Assembly (NCBI GenBank): GCA_965645245.1
Contig: OZ287072.1
Span: 1,736,001 to 1,800,000, forward strand
Length of the DNA stretch: 64,000 nucleotides
Direction of reading: 5' to 3'
Origin: Massalongia carnosa
Taxonomy: Eukaryota
Shown in pieces: positions 26,050-39,322 of this stretch. The notes beneath the pieces were generated by a model that saw only the letters and a program-made list of their open reading frames with translations, ran no database searches and had not been told where the DNA came from. The position numbers were made by a program, and so were the translations under genes. Each line of letters opens with the position of its first letter. Position 1 is the stretch's first letter.

Positions 26050-27138
26050 ATGGGAGCATTTATTTGACCTACGAACAGTTCGAAAGGATGAATCGTGGTT
26101 TAAAGTAATCGCGCATGGCATAAATATTGCAACGTTTGATGAAATCATGTCATATTTGCAGGATGCAATTCAAAAGTCCAATTCGAACATGCTATTATGC
26201 GATATTCCAAGATGGCTAGAACGTGATCGTCAAAACATGATCAAATCGTCTGTTGTTTTGACGTTCAATGATCGAAATATGGCTTTGAACGCGTTGAAAG
26301 GAGTAAATATCGCGGGAAGACACTGTGACACGGAAATATTTACCTCCGTTCGACCAAATACGCAATGCATCAATTGCCAAAAATTTGGCCACAAGAATTA
26401 TCCATGCAAAAATCAAGCAAAATGCAATATATGTGCACAAAAATCATGAAACTCACAATCATGAATGCACAACTTGCAAATCCAAAATCGCGTGTGCACA
26501 TTTCGTCGTCAAATGCGTCAATTGCAATCTAAATCATCAGTCAAATAATGAACGATGTGAAATGATTGCATCGTTAAACGTTCGAAAATCGACTGACGAA
26601 TTATCCGTGTTGTAATGGCAGGACAACATTCATTGACAATTATCGAAAATACACAAAATGTCAAATTTATTCAACAGAATTGTCCAAAGTCAACGAATGC
26701 AATGATTTCGTGTCTGGAATACGAAGTATTAAATCAAATTGATATTGCTTTATTTCAGGAACCTTGGACACGCGATCAAAAAATTATTTCTCATCTGTCA
26801 TTCACATGTATTATGCCGAAAATAGCAGCTTATCGCTCGAGAGTAGCTGTATTTGTCACTAAATGCAATTCGAAACTACAATGCACGCCTAGATCGGATC
26901 ATATTGACGATCCCGATATGCAAAGTATCCAGATTACAATTGATAATATTCGAAAAGTAAAGATTATCAACATTTACAATGAAAAAGTCAAAACGATCGG
27001 GAAACATATACAATCGACCAACTAATAGTCAAATAACAACCTACATTCAATGATCAATTCGTAATATGTGGAGATTTCAATGCATATCATAACTGGTGGA
27101 ATTCGAAAATTCAGCATGCAATTCGATCTGAATATCTA

Positions 27139-27661
27139 TTGAAAGATTATAATTCGTCAAAATGCACAGGGCGCTGCAACGAACGACAAACGCCAGAACA
27201 CTTATTGATGAATTGCATACATTATTCAAATGAAATCCTAAACATGAAACAAAATATCGATACCACAATTACTTTAAAAATGTTGTTTAATACTAGGATC
27301 GGAAATAATATTTTGATTAAATTTATTGTTGATAACAAAATCGCGACTAGAAAATGGATGCTAGGTCAGCTCGATGACGAAAATATCGAAACGGGAGGTT
27401 GGGGAGAGATCGAACAGTAAAATTAGAAATGATTTATGCTGGAATATTCACGAGCTTTACAAAAACAAATTGTAAAATCTATATTTCGATTACTAAAGGT
27501 TGTTACTAACACGGCGTAAAAACGGGGCAATATTGACGATAGATAGTTGGGTTATAAAGGGTTGATTTATTTGTAAAATAAAACCATATGTTAAAATAGT
27601 TTAGAGTCATAACTTTAGGTTGAATACATTTAATGAATAAATAAAAAAATATAAAAAAAAA
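27139..27661 (+). mobile_element. Subfamily A 3' fragment (~0.52 kb) with A-tail
   Basis: Flanked by gatctgaatatcta (27125-27138) and gatctgaaaatca (27662-27674). Confidence 0.9.
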
Positions 27662-27674
27662 GATCTGAAAATCA

Positions 27675-29299
27675 CGATTGTTGATGAAAAATAAAAAATA
27701 CACAATTCGATTATTGAAGATTGCCGAAAATAATCCTATTTGTCAAAGAATTCCCAGTACCTATTCTGTGAAATTCGAAAACATCGGTTTTGACACTAGT
27801 TTATGGAACAACAGATATGCTGAATGGAACGAAGACGAGAAAAAATCGAGTAAACCGCATCCTAGTCAGCTTATCCGTATTCTCCATTCCGTTTCGGATA
27901 TAGTTCACAAAACTGATGAATTCGAATCAGTAAATAATTTCATCAAACCATGGAAGCCGTCTTGTAAAATCAAGTTCCAAATCGAAAGATCCAAAGAAAC
28001 AGCAAAGTCAAGTTATTATTCGACTTTATCAAAAATTCAATCAATAAACGCCGATAAATCGGGAATGTTACTCTATACCGATGGATCAAAAACCGAGTTT
28101 TCAACTTCAGCTGTAAAATTTGCACCAATTATGCGAAATTGGAACAATTTCACTGATAACTTCAATCGTTTTATCGAAAAAGATTGTCTCCTCAAACATC
28201 ATACGATTTCGAAAAGCTGGAAATTAAACAAACAGTCAAGCGTTAAAAACGCTGAACTGTATGCGACACTATAAGTAATAAAATGGGCATATAAATTGAT
28301 AATTGCGAATATTCTCTTCAATTTGGAAAAAACTATTTGGATTTTTTCTGATAGCATAAACGCGATAAACGAAATTCAGAACTTGACAAATCATACTTAC
28401 GCAAAACAAATTCGAAAATTCTCGAAATGCTTATTCGGAAACAATTATCAGGTGGTTCTACAATGGATTCCTAGTCATTCGAAAATCGTCGAAAATGAAA
28501 TTGCAGATAAAGCAGCAAAAGCGGGACATAGTCGAATCCTAGTCGAGTCTTCGATAATAACATTTGATTATGTAAAGGGTCAAATAAATCGAAATATGTT
28601 AGCCACATGGGCGAATCAATGGCAACAATACAAGTCAAAAGGCAAATACTATGAGAAATTCGAAATGCAGCCGTGCAAATCGAGTTTTTATTATCTGTCG
28701 AATAATTGTTCGAAATTAATATTTGCGACTATTATGCAAATGAAATTCGGACACGGTTATTTTCGATCATATCTGCACCGATTGAAAGATTATAATTCGT
28801 CAAAATGCACAGGGCGCTGCAACGAACGTCAAACGCAAGCGCAATTATTGATGAATTGCATACATTATTCAAATGAAATCCTAAACAAGAAACAAAATAT
28901 CGATACCACAATTACTTTAAAAATGTTGTTTAATACTAGGATCGGAAATAATAATTTGATTAAATTTATTGTTGATAACAAAATCGCGACTAGAAAATGG
29001 ATGCTAGGTCAGCTCGATGAGGAAAATACCGAAACGGGAGGTAGGGGAGAGATCGACTGTAAAATTAGAAATGATTTATGATGGAATATTTACGAGCTTT
29101 ACAAAAACAAATTGTAAAATCGATATTTCGATTACTAAAGGTTGTTACTAACACGGAGTAAAAACGGGGCAATATTGACAATACATAGTTGGTTTATAAA
29201 GGGTTGATTTATTTTTAAAATAAAACCATATCTTAAAATAGTTTAGTGTCATAACCTTAGGTTGAATACACTTAATGAATAAATAAAATTAAAAAAAAA
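27675..29299 (+). mobile_element. Subfamily A 3' fragment (~1.6 kb, RNase H to A-tail)
   Basis: Flanked by gatctgaaaatca (27662-27674) and gatctgaaaatcta (29300-29313); ORFs 27678-28274 and 28296-29081. Confidence 0.9.
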
Positions 29300-32200
29300 G
29301 ATCTGAAAATCTAGTGAAATGGTTAAAATCAAAAAAGTGTAGTTTGATTAATACAGCTGATTTATGTACATTTTACGCCCATTCTGGAAGTTCTTCATCT
29401 GTTATTGATTTAACATTTGCAAATTCTAAAATCGAAAATGCAATAACAAATTGGTCAATCGATGAAAACGCAGTCACAGGTTCAGATCATGAAGTCATTC
29501 GATTTGAATTAATCACATCTTTCAAGAATTTGACGACCACATGCAACCGCATTACGAAACTAATACAATTGCAATAAAGCCGATTGGGAGAAGTTCGCGA
29601 AGTTTCTAGATGAAAATTCAATAAACTATGAAACACAGGTTCAAAGTTTATTGAATAATCATCAATTCGACGAATTAGCGATCTATTTGTAGGATATTAT
29701 TAAAGACGCAGCTGAAATATTTATTCCCAAGACCAAAATATATGCAAAATCAAAAAATTGGTGGTCGCAAGATTTAACTGAACTCTGAAAAATTATGTCT
29801 AGACATCGTCGAGAATGGAAGAATTATCTCTCCGATTTTAGTCATAGAACCTTTAAACATAGCCGAATCGAATATTTTCATGCAATTCGAAAAGCAAAAC
29901 AACAAACTTGGTTGACTTTTCTAGAAAATGCAGCGAATAAAGACGTATTTACAGCGTATAAATAAACTAAACCGCGCGTATTCGAAAAAATACCACCAAT
30001 TCAATATGAAAATAAGTTAAATGTTCAATTCGATGACAAATGCTATGAATTTGTTGCAGCAATGTACACAAAAAACCCATTTATTGACGATAATGTCGAA
30101 GACTTATCGAATCAAGACAACGAAGATGACAATAATTGGCCGGATTTGACCGAAAACAAGTTGCAAAAATGCGATTAGTTTGTTTAATCCGAAAAAAGCA
30201 TGTGGACCTGATGCAATCAATTTTACAATTGTTCAAAAATCGTTTCAATCGTTGAAAAACGTGTTTTTTATGATTTATTCAAAATTCATTCAAACCGGTT
30301 ATCATCCGTTATGCTGGCGAACAGGACTCGGTGCAGTTTTGAAAAAACCTAATAAATCAGATTATTCGCTGCCAAAATCATATCGGATTATCACTTTACT
30401 AAACTGTCTTGGTAAAATTGCTGAGAAAATCGTTGCAAATCGCCTTGCCTACTTAGGCGAAAATTCGAATTTATTAGACATCGAACAGATGCGCGGGCGT
30501 AAAAATCACTCTGCAATTGACGCAGTAATGATCGTCGTTCATGATATCGAAATAGCGAACCGAGAAAAGAACGGTTTGTCATGTTTATTACTCGACATCA
30601 AAGGCGCATTTGACTTTGTATCGATTAATCAGCTATTAACTGTCATCAAAAATCTGAAATTATCTCGCATAGTTATTCAATGGGTCAAAAATTTTATGAC
30701 AAAACGATCGATCAATCTAATATTTGATGAAAATATAAGCAAAACCTATTATGTCGAATCAGGAATTCCACAAGGCTCACCAATCTCGCCTATTCTATTT
30801 CTGATTTACATTCGCCACTTGTTTCCGAAAATACGAATGAAATTCAATGTACATTCTCCTAGTTTTATAGACGATGTTGCAATATATGTCAAAACAAAAC
30901 TGCAAAACAGAATTGCAAAGAAATCGAAATCATAGTTAAAACTGCATTTCATTTGGCCGCATCGAATAATGTCAAATTTGATGACGAAAAATCCGATCTG
31001 ATTTACTTCGAAAAGACAAGAAATGCATCGAAAGACAGACTGCAATTACCAAACAGAACTATACTGAAACCGAAAAATGTAGTCAAATGGTTGGGAATCT
31101 GGCTAGATCGAAAACTGAATTACAAAAAACACGTCGAAACTCGATTTTCTTCTGCAAATCGGTCATTCTTTGAGATTCAAATTTGATGAAATCAGAGTGG
31201 GGTCTTAAACCGACTGCATGTAGACAGCTTTATTTGTCATGCATCGTTCCTATTTCGGATTATGGTTCAGAAATTTGGTACAATGATCAACAGAAATATG
31301 AGAAACTATTTCAGAATTTGCAAAATCGTATTATTCGAAAGATTTTTGGAACATTCAAAACCACACCTGTTCAGGCGATGGAAATTGAATCTCATATTCT
31401 ACCAGTCAAACTACGATTATTGATGAAAAATAAAAAATATGCTATTCGATTGTTGAAGATTGCCGAAAATAATCGCATTTGTCAAAGAATTCCAAACACA
31501 TATTCGATGAAATTCGAAAACATCGGTTTTGATACTAGCTTATGGAACAACAAATATGCCGAATGGAACGAAAACGAAAAACAAACAAATAAACGACATC
31601 CTAGTCAGTTTATTTGTGTTTTGCACTCCGTTTCAGACATAGTTCACAAAACTGATGAATTCGAACAATCAAATAACTTCATAAAACCATGGAAGTCGTC
31701 GTGTAAAATCGAATTTCAAATCGAAAACACAAAAGAAACACCAAAATCAAGTTATTATTTGACTTTGTCCAAAATTCAATCTATGAATTCCGAAATATCA
31801 CGAATATTACTTTATACAGATGGATCAAAAGTAGAATTTGCAACTTCTGCGGTCACAATTGCACCAAATATGCGAAAATGGAACTATTTTATCGATGATT
31901 TCGATCACCTTATCGAAACAGATTGCCTTATCCAACATCATACAATTTCGAAAAGCGGGAAACAGATATTCGATCGATTTGTTGTTGACATCAAAAAGCC
32001 AACCCCCAAAACATCGGTACCCTATATTTTGATATACTGAAAGTTTGTTTCCCAACTTATTCTCCTCATTCTTCTCATTCATTTGAGCCTACCAGAAGAT
32101 AAAATCCATCAGAATTGAGTACAGGAGAGCTCTTTCACTGCTCCTGCAGAGTTTTCCTCGCGGTCTGTCCGCCCCTTCACCAAAAAGTGCGTCCAAAAAA

Positions 32201-35200
32201 ACTACAAAACACAAAAACACCAACAACAACGTCAAAAATCGCTCGATTTTCGATATTTCTTCGGTTTAATTGTCGCATAGATTATCACAAAAATTATCTA
32301 CAAAATATCATCACTGTCGCGTAACTGTACAACCTGTTCTCGAGACAACAAAACTTCTTGGTGTTCATTTGAAATTTAAGGTTACCGGTACCGTATACAC
32401 TATTCCATTTTTGGTTTTTTCAATTTTCGTTGAACTGCCGACCAACAATCTGCTGAAACGAAGGGGAAAAACGTCTGAAATAGGGTTAATCCAAAGGCCC
32501 TGTTTCAGGCTAACCAGAATAGGAAGTCTCCTCTCTCTCATTGTACTTGATTTTTATTTCTGGATCAAAAACATTTTTTAAAAAAAAAAAAAAAAATTTT
32601 CTGTTCGATCGTAAAATTCTTATTATATTCCATATATCGTAGTGTCAAGGTAAAGAGTTAAATAAGATCTATTGCCTAAGCGAGGAACGGTCTATTTTAA
32701 CTCGACTAGGATTTATTTGACTTGTTATTGTTAAATAAATAGGGTTTGGAAAGCAAGAGTCTTTAGACCAGTAAATAGGCGTAAAAACTCTCTATTCTGA
32801 CTATTACGTCCGGGGAACGTCAGAATAAATTATTTGGTGGCGATAAAGGGGATATAGCAAAGGCAACATCGATTTATTTATAAATCCATGTTTAACGCGG
32901 TAATGAACCGCCGGAATATACCAAGGACACCACCCCCAGCCGGTCCCGCCCCCCTATCGACCCCTTCCCCGGACCCCCCCCGACACTCCCCCGGACCATC
33001 TCCGGTGGTGTTGATAGGGAGCTCTCCCCGTGTTGAACCTATGGATCAAACTCGCGAATATGCATCAGCCCCGTCAACACCGATACCAAAGGCAACGAAA
33101 TTCCCATCGGGTCCATTTTCCACTATCTTGCCGATGCCTTCATTGAACTTAAACATTGGATCAAGCCCACAAATCAAACGAAATAAAAGACGCACATTTG
33201 ACGAATATTCGAGAGATAGCCAAGAAGCGATCAATCGGGCGAAATCAATTGAACTTTTAAAGTCGGCCAAAAAAGCATTATTGCAATCATTTGTACTGGA
33301 CCAAAATCCACAAACGGCTATCGTAATTGACAACGTTAATTCGTTGATTTCGAAAAAATCAATCAATTTACAAACATCCTTAGATATGATTAACTATAAA
33401 ATGGGCATAGTACTTGATCAAACTAGTCATCTTTCCTCAATAACGTCTCAACAACAAACGACTCCACTACAGAATGGTCAAAAAATCCAAAAAACCTGTT
33501 GTTAAATTTAACGAAAATTGAATTTTCGAAAATCAGACCATGCGCAAAGGAGCCACCGGGGTCTCTGGTAACAATGTTAGCACAACCGGTACATGGAGTC
33601 AAATGCTTGGAAAAGCAACCGAAAACTCCGAAAATTGGACTACTATTCAAAGGAAAAGTTCGAACCCTAATTCGAACAAAGTCGATCGATTTGATGCAAT
33701 CAAGGCCAGACGACTCGTGATTTCACCGAAAAATCCTGACGTTCAAATCGACTCTATAAAGTTGGGTGATCAAATTAACGCGCTATTAAAAAACGCAAAT
33801 TTAAACATCATCGTCAATACTGTTGAAAAGTCCAAAACCGGTCTGAATATCGTTCTCACCACTAGCCCTGACAACAATGCCGAAGAATTGTTGAAAAATA
33901 AATCTTCATGGGAACACATTTTCGAATCACAAAGAATTCGAAAAGACGAATCCTGGTTTAAAGTCATAGCACACGGAGTAAATATCTCGTTATTCGATAA
34001 TAACATGCAATATTTGAAACCGAAATCGAAAAATACAATTCGAATATGCAAAATCAAGCGTCAAACGCGTTAAGAGGCGTGAATATCGCGGGTAGACATT
34101 GTGACATGGAAATATTTGCTTACGTTCGTCCAAACACGCAATGTATTAATTGTCAGAAATTTAAAGTCCGGCAAAATGCAATATATGCGCACAAAGTCAT
34201 GAAACGCATAATCATGAATGCACAACATGCAAGTCTAAAATTGCATGCGCAAATGCAATTCTGAAATGCGTCAATTGCAACAAAAATCATCAATCGAACG
34301 ATATAGGTTGCGAAATGTTTATCTCGCTAAATCCTAGAAAATCGAATGATGAATTAATGCTTGGTTAATGGCGGGACAACATTCGTTGACAAATATCGAA
34401 AATACACAAAATGTCAAATTTATTCAACATAATTGTGCAAAGTCAACGAATGCAATGATTTCGTGTCTGTAATATGCAGTATTAAATCGTGTTGATATTG
34501 TTTTATTTCAGGAACCATGGACGCGAGATCAAAAAATAATTTCCCATCCGTCATTCACATGTATTATGCCGAAAATAGCGACTTATCGGCCGAGAGTAGC
34601 TATATTCGTTACAAAATGCAATCCAAAATTACAATGCACGCCTAGAATGGATCTTATAAACGATACTGATCTGCAAATTATCGAAATTACAATTGATGAA
34701 GTTCGAAAAGTGCAGATCTTTAACCTTTACAATGAAAAAAGTCTAAACTATCGAGAAACATATATAATCGATCGACTTTTAGTTAAATATCAACCTATAT
34801 CAACTGATCAATTTGTCATATGTGGAGATTTCAATGCACATCATATCTGGTGGAATTCGAAGATTCAAAATGCAATTCGATCAGAAAATCTAGTCAAATG
34901 GTTAAAATTAAACAAATATAGTTTGATAAATACGCCTGATCTATATACATTTTTTGCTCATTCAGGAAACTCTTCATCTATTATTGATTTAACATTTGCA
35001 AATTCTAAAATCGAAAACGCAATTACAAATTGGTCAATCGATGAAAACGCAGTCACGGGTTCAGATCATGAAGTTTTTTTTATTTATTTATTCATTAAGT
35101 GTATTCAACCTAAGGTTATGACACTAAACTATTTTAGAAAATGTTTCTATATTACAAATAAATCAACCCTTTATAAACCATCTATGTATCGTCAATTTTT

Positions 35201-35308
35201 CCCCATTTTTACTCCGTGTTAGTAACAACCTATAGTAATCGAAAATTATCGATTTTACAATTTATCTTTGTAAGTTCGTAACTGTTTCAGCATAAATCGT
35301 TTTTGATT

Positions 35309-38300
35309 TTACTGTTCGATCTCTCCCCAACCTCCAGTTTCGAAAATATCGTCATCAAGCTGACCTAGTATCCATTTTCTAGTCGCGATTTTGTTATTGA
35401 CAATGAATTTAATCAAAATGTCATTTCCGATTTTTGTATTAAACAACATATTCAAGTTGATCGTAGTATCGATGGTTTGTTTCATGTTTTGAATTTCATC
35501 GAAATAGTGAATGCAATTCAATAACAAGTGTTCTGGCGTTTGTCGTTGATTGCATCGATTTGAGCATTTTGACGAATTAAAATCTTTCAATCGATGTAAA
35601 TATGATCGAAAATAGCCGTGTTCGAATTTTAATTGCATAATAGTAGCAAATATCAATTTGGAACAGTTGTTTGATAAATAATAAAATCTCGATATGCCAG
35701 GTTTCATTTCGAATTTCTCGTAGTATTTACCTTTTGATTTGCATTGTTGCCATTGATTAGTCCATGTGGTTAGCATATTTTGATTTATTTGATCTTTTAC
35801 ATAATCAAATGTTATAGCCGAGGACTCGACTAGGATTTGATTATGGCCCGTCTTTGCTATTTTGTCTGCAATTTCGTTTTCGGTAATATTCGAATGACTC
35901 GGAACCCATTGCAAAATCACCTGATAATTGCTTTCAAATAAGCGTTTTGCGAGCTTTCGAATTTGTCTTGCGAAAATATGATTTTTCAAGTTCTGAATTT
36001 CGTTTATCGCGTTTATACTATCAGAAAAAATCTAAATCGTTTTTTCCAAGTTCGATAAAATATTAGTATTAGACAATTTATAGACCCATTTCATTGCTTG
36101 TAAAATTGCATGCAGTTCAGCATTTTTAATGCTTGACTGTTTGCTTAATTTCCAGCTTTTCGAAATCGTATGATACTTGATCAGACAATCTTTTTCGATA
36201 AATCGATCAAAATTATTGATAATACTACTCCAATTCCTCATAATGGGCGCAAATGTGACTGCAGACGTTGCAAATTCGATTTTTGATCCATCCGTATAAA
36301 GTAAAACTCGGGATTTATCGGAGTTCATTGATTGAATTTTGGATAAGGTCGAATAATAACTTGATTTAGCAGATTCCTTTGTATTTTCGATTTGAAATTC
36401 GATTTTGCACGGCGATTTCCAAGGTTTAATAAAATGATTTGATTGTTCAAACTCATCAGTTTTGTGAACTATGTCGGAAACGGAATGAAGAACGCGAATG
36501 AGCTGACTAGGATGTCGGTTATTTGTTTGTTTTTCGTCTTCGTTCAATTCGGCATATTTGTTGTTCCATAAACTAGTGTCAAAACCGATGTTTTCGAATT
36601 TTATCGAATATGTATTTGGAATTCTTTGACAAATAGGGTTATTTTCGGCAATCTTCAATAATCGAATTGCGTATTTTTGATTTTTCATTAATAATCGAAG
36701 TTTAACTGGTAAAACATGTGATTCAATTTCCATCGCCTGAATAGGTGTGGTTTTGAAAGTTCCTAAAATCTTTCGAATCATTCGATTTTGTAGGTTCTGA
36801 AATAGTTTTTCATATTTCTTTTGACCATTATACCAAATTTCTGAGCCATAGTCCGAAATAGGAATAATGCATGACAAATAGAGCTGTCTGCATGCGGTCG
36901 GTTTCAGACCCCATTCGGATTTCATCAAATTCTGAATTGCAAAAAACGATCGATTCGCAGAAGAGATTCGCGTTTCGACGTGTTTTTTGAAATTCAGTTT
37001 CCGGTCTAACCAGACGCCCAACCATTTGACTACATTTTTCGGTTCTAGTACTGTCCCGTTTCGTAATTCCAATGTGTCTTTCGATACATTTCTTGTCTTT
37101 TCGAAGTGAATCAGCTCGGATTTATCGTCATCAAATTTGACATTATTCGATGCGGCCCAATCAAAAGCTGTTTTGACTATGATTTCGATTTCTTTGCAAT
37201 TTTGTTTTGCAGTTTTATTTTCGACATATATTGCAACATCGTCAATAAAACTGGGAGAATGTGCATTAAATTTCATTCGTATTTTCGGAAACAAGTGACG
37301 AATGTAAATCAGAAATAGAATAGGCGAGATTGGTGAACCTTGTGGAATTCCTGATTCGACATAATATGTTTTGCTTTTGTTTTCATCGAATATCAAATTG
37401 ATCGATCGTTTTGTCATGAAATGCTTGACCCATTGAATTATTATGCGAGATAATTTCAGCTTTTTCATGACATTTAGCAGTTGATTAATCGAGACAAAGT
37501 CAAATGCGCCTTTGACATCGAGTAATAAACAGGATAAAACGCTTTTATTTCGATTCGCAATTTCGATATCATGAACGACGTTCATTACTGCGTCAATTGC
37601 AGAATGATTTTTGCGTCCGCCCATCTGTTCGATATCTAGTAAATTCGAATTTTCGCCGAAGTAGGCTAGTCGATTTGCAACGATTTACTCAGCAATTTTA
37701 CCAAGACAATTTAGTAATGTGATAATTCGATATGATTTTGGTAGCGAATAGTCTGATTTATTAGGTTTTTTCAGAACTGCACCGAGTCCTGTCCGCCAGC
37801 ATAACGGGTGATAACCGATTCGAATGAATTTCGAATAAATCATGAAAAACACGTTTTTCAACGATTGAAACGATTTTTGAACAATTGTAAAATTGATTGC
37901 ATCAGGTCCACATGCTTTCTTCGGATTAAATAAATTAATCGCATTTTGCAACTCGTTTTCGGTCAAATCTGGCCAATTATCATCATTTTCGCTGTCTTGA
38001 TTTGGTAAATCTTCGACATTATCGTCTATAAATGGGTTTTTTGTGTACATTGCTGACACAAACGCATCGCATTTGTCATCAAACTGAACATTAAGCTTAT
38101 TTTCATGTAGAATCGGCGGTATTTTTTCGAATATGCGCGGTTTAGTATATTTATACGCGGTAAACACGTCTTTATTCGCTGCATTTTCTAGAAAAGTCAA
38201 CCAGGTTTGTTGTTTTGCTTTTCGAATTGCATGAAAATACTCAATTCGACTATGTTTAAACGTCCGATGACTAAAATCGGACGGATAATTCTTCCATTCT

Positions 38301-39322
38301 CGACGATGCCTGCACATGATTTTTCGAAGTTCGGTTAAATCTTGCGACCACCAATTTTTCGATTTTGCACATATTTTTATTTTCGGAATAAACATTTCAG
38401 CCGCGTTTTTGATAATTTTTTGCAAATGTATCGCTGATTCGTCGAATTGATGATTATTCAATAAACTTTGAACTTTTGATTCGTAGTTGATTGAATTTTC
38501 GTCTAGAAAATTCGCGAATTTATTCCAATCGGCTTTATTATAATTGTATTTATTCGATAATGCGGTTGCATGTGACGTCAAATTCTTGAAAGATGCGATT
38601 AGTTCAAATCGGATGACTTCATGATCTGAACCTGTGACTGCGTTTTCATCGATTGCCTAGTTTGTAATTGCATTTTCGATTTTGGAATTTGCAAATGTTA
38701 AATCAATAACAGATGATGAACTTCCAGAATGGGCGTAGAATGTGCATAAATCAGGTGTGTTTATCAAACTACATTTGTTTATTTTCAACCATTTGACTAA
38801 ATTTTCTGATCGAATTGCATGTTGAATTTTCGAATTCCATCAGTTATGATGTGCATTGAAATCTCCACATATGATGAATTGATTAGTTGATGTAGGTTGA
38901 TATTTAAATAAAAGTCGATTGATCGTGTATGTTTCTCGATCATTTTGACTTTTTTCGTTATAAATATTGAAAATCTGCACTTTTCGAAATTCATCAATTG
39001 TAATTTCAATAATTTGCATATCGGAATCGTCAATAAGATCCGTTCTAGGCGTGCATTGCAGTTTGGGATTGCATTTTGTGACAAATATAGCTACTCTCGA
39101 GCGATAAGTTGCTATTTTCGGCATAATGCATGTAAATGACGGATGTGATATTGTTTTTTGATCTCGTGTCCATGGTTCCTGAAACAAAACAATATCAATT
39201 TGATTTGATAAAGCATATTCCAAACATGAAATCATTGCATTCGTTGACCTTTCACAGTTGTGTTGAATAAATTTGACATTGTGAGTATTTTCTATATTTG
39301 CCAACGAATGCTGTCCTGCCAT
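35309..39322 (-). pseudogene. ORF2 (EN-RT-RNase H-CCHC), subfamily C, four nonsense mutations and no frameshift
   Basis: ORFs 38840-39322, 37685-38581, 36032-37624 and 35309-35989 share one frame; total 4014 nt. Confidence 0.9.

Larger units (their letters stand above)
19769..31956 (+). mobile_element. Tad1-like LINE, subfamily D, with full 5' end; host to four insertions; pieces 19769-21704, 23639-23695, 26050-27138, 29300-31956; 3' end not seen
   Basis: 5'UTR, ORF1 from 20666 and ORF2 from 26615 are collinear across the insertions. Confidence 0.88.

Noticed and set aside
32572..32600. Internal poly(A) as the tail of another insertion
   Set aside because: Present at the same place in all A-type 5'UTRs (47966-47983, 55786-55794) with variable length; a homopolymer within the element.
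34566..35222. ORFs ending in ...CIQPKVMTLNYF...FTPC (also 6464, 27506, 48303, 48722)
   Set aside because: Read-through into the antisense 3'UTR of nested copies.
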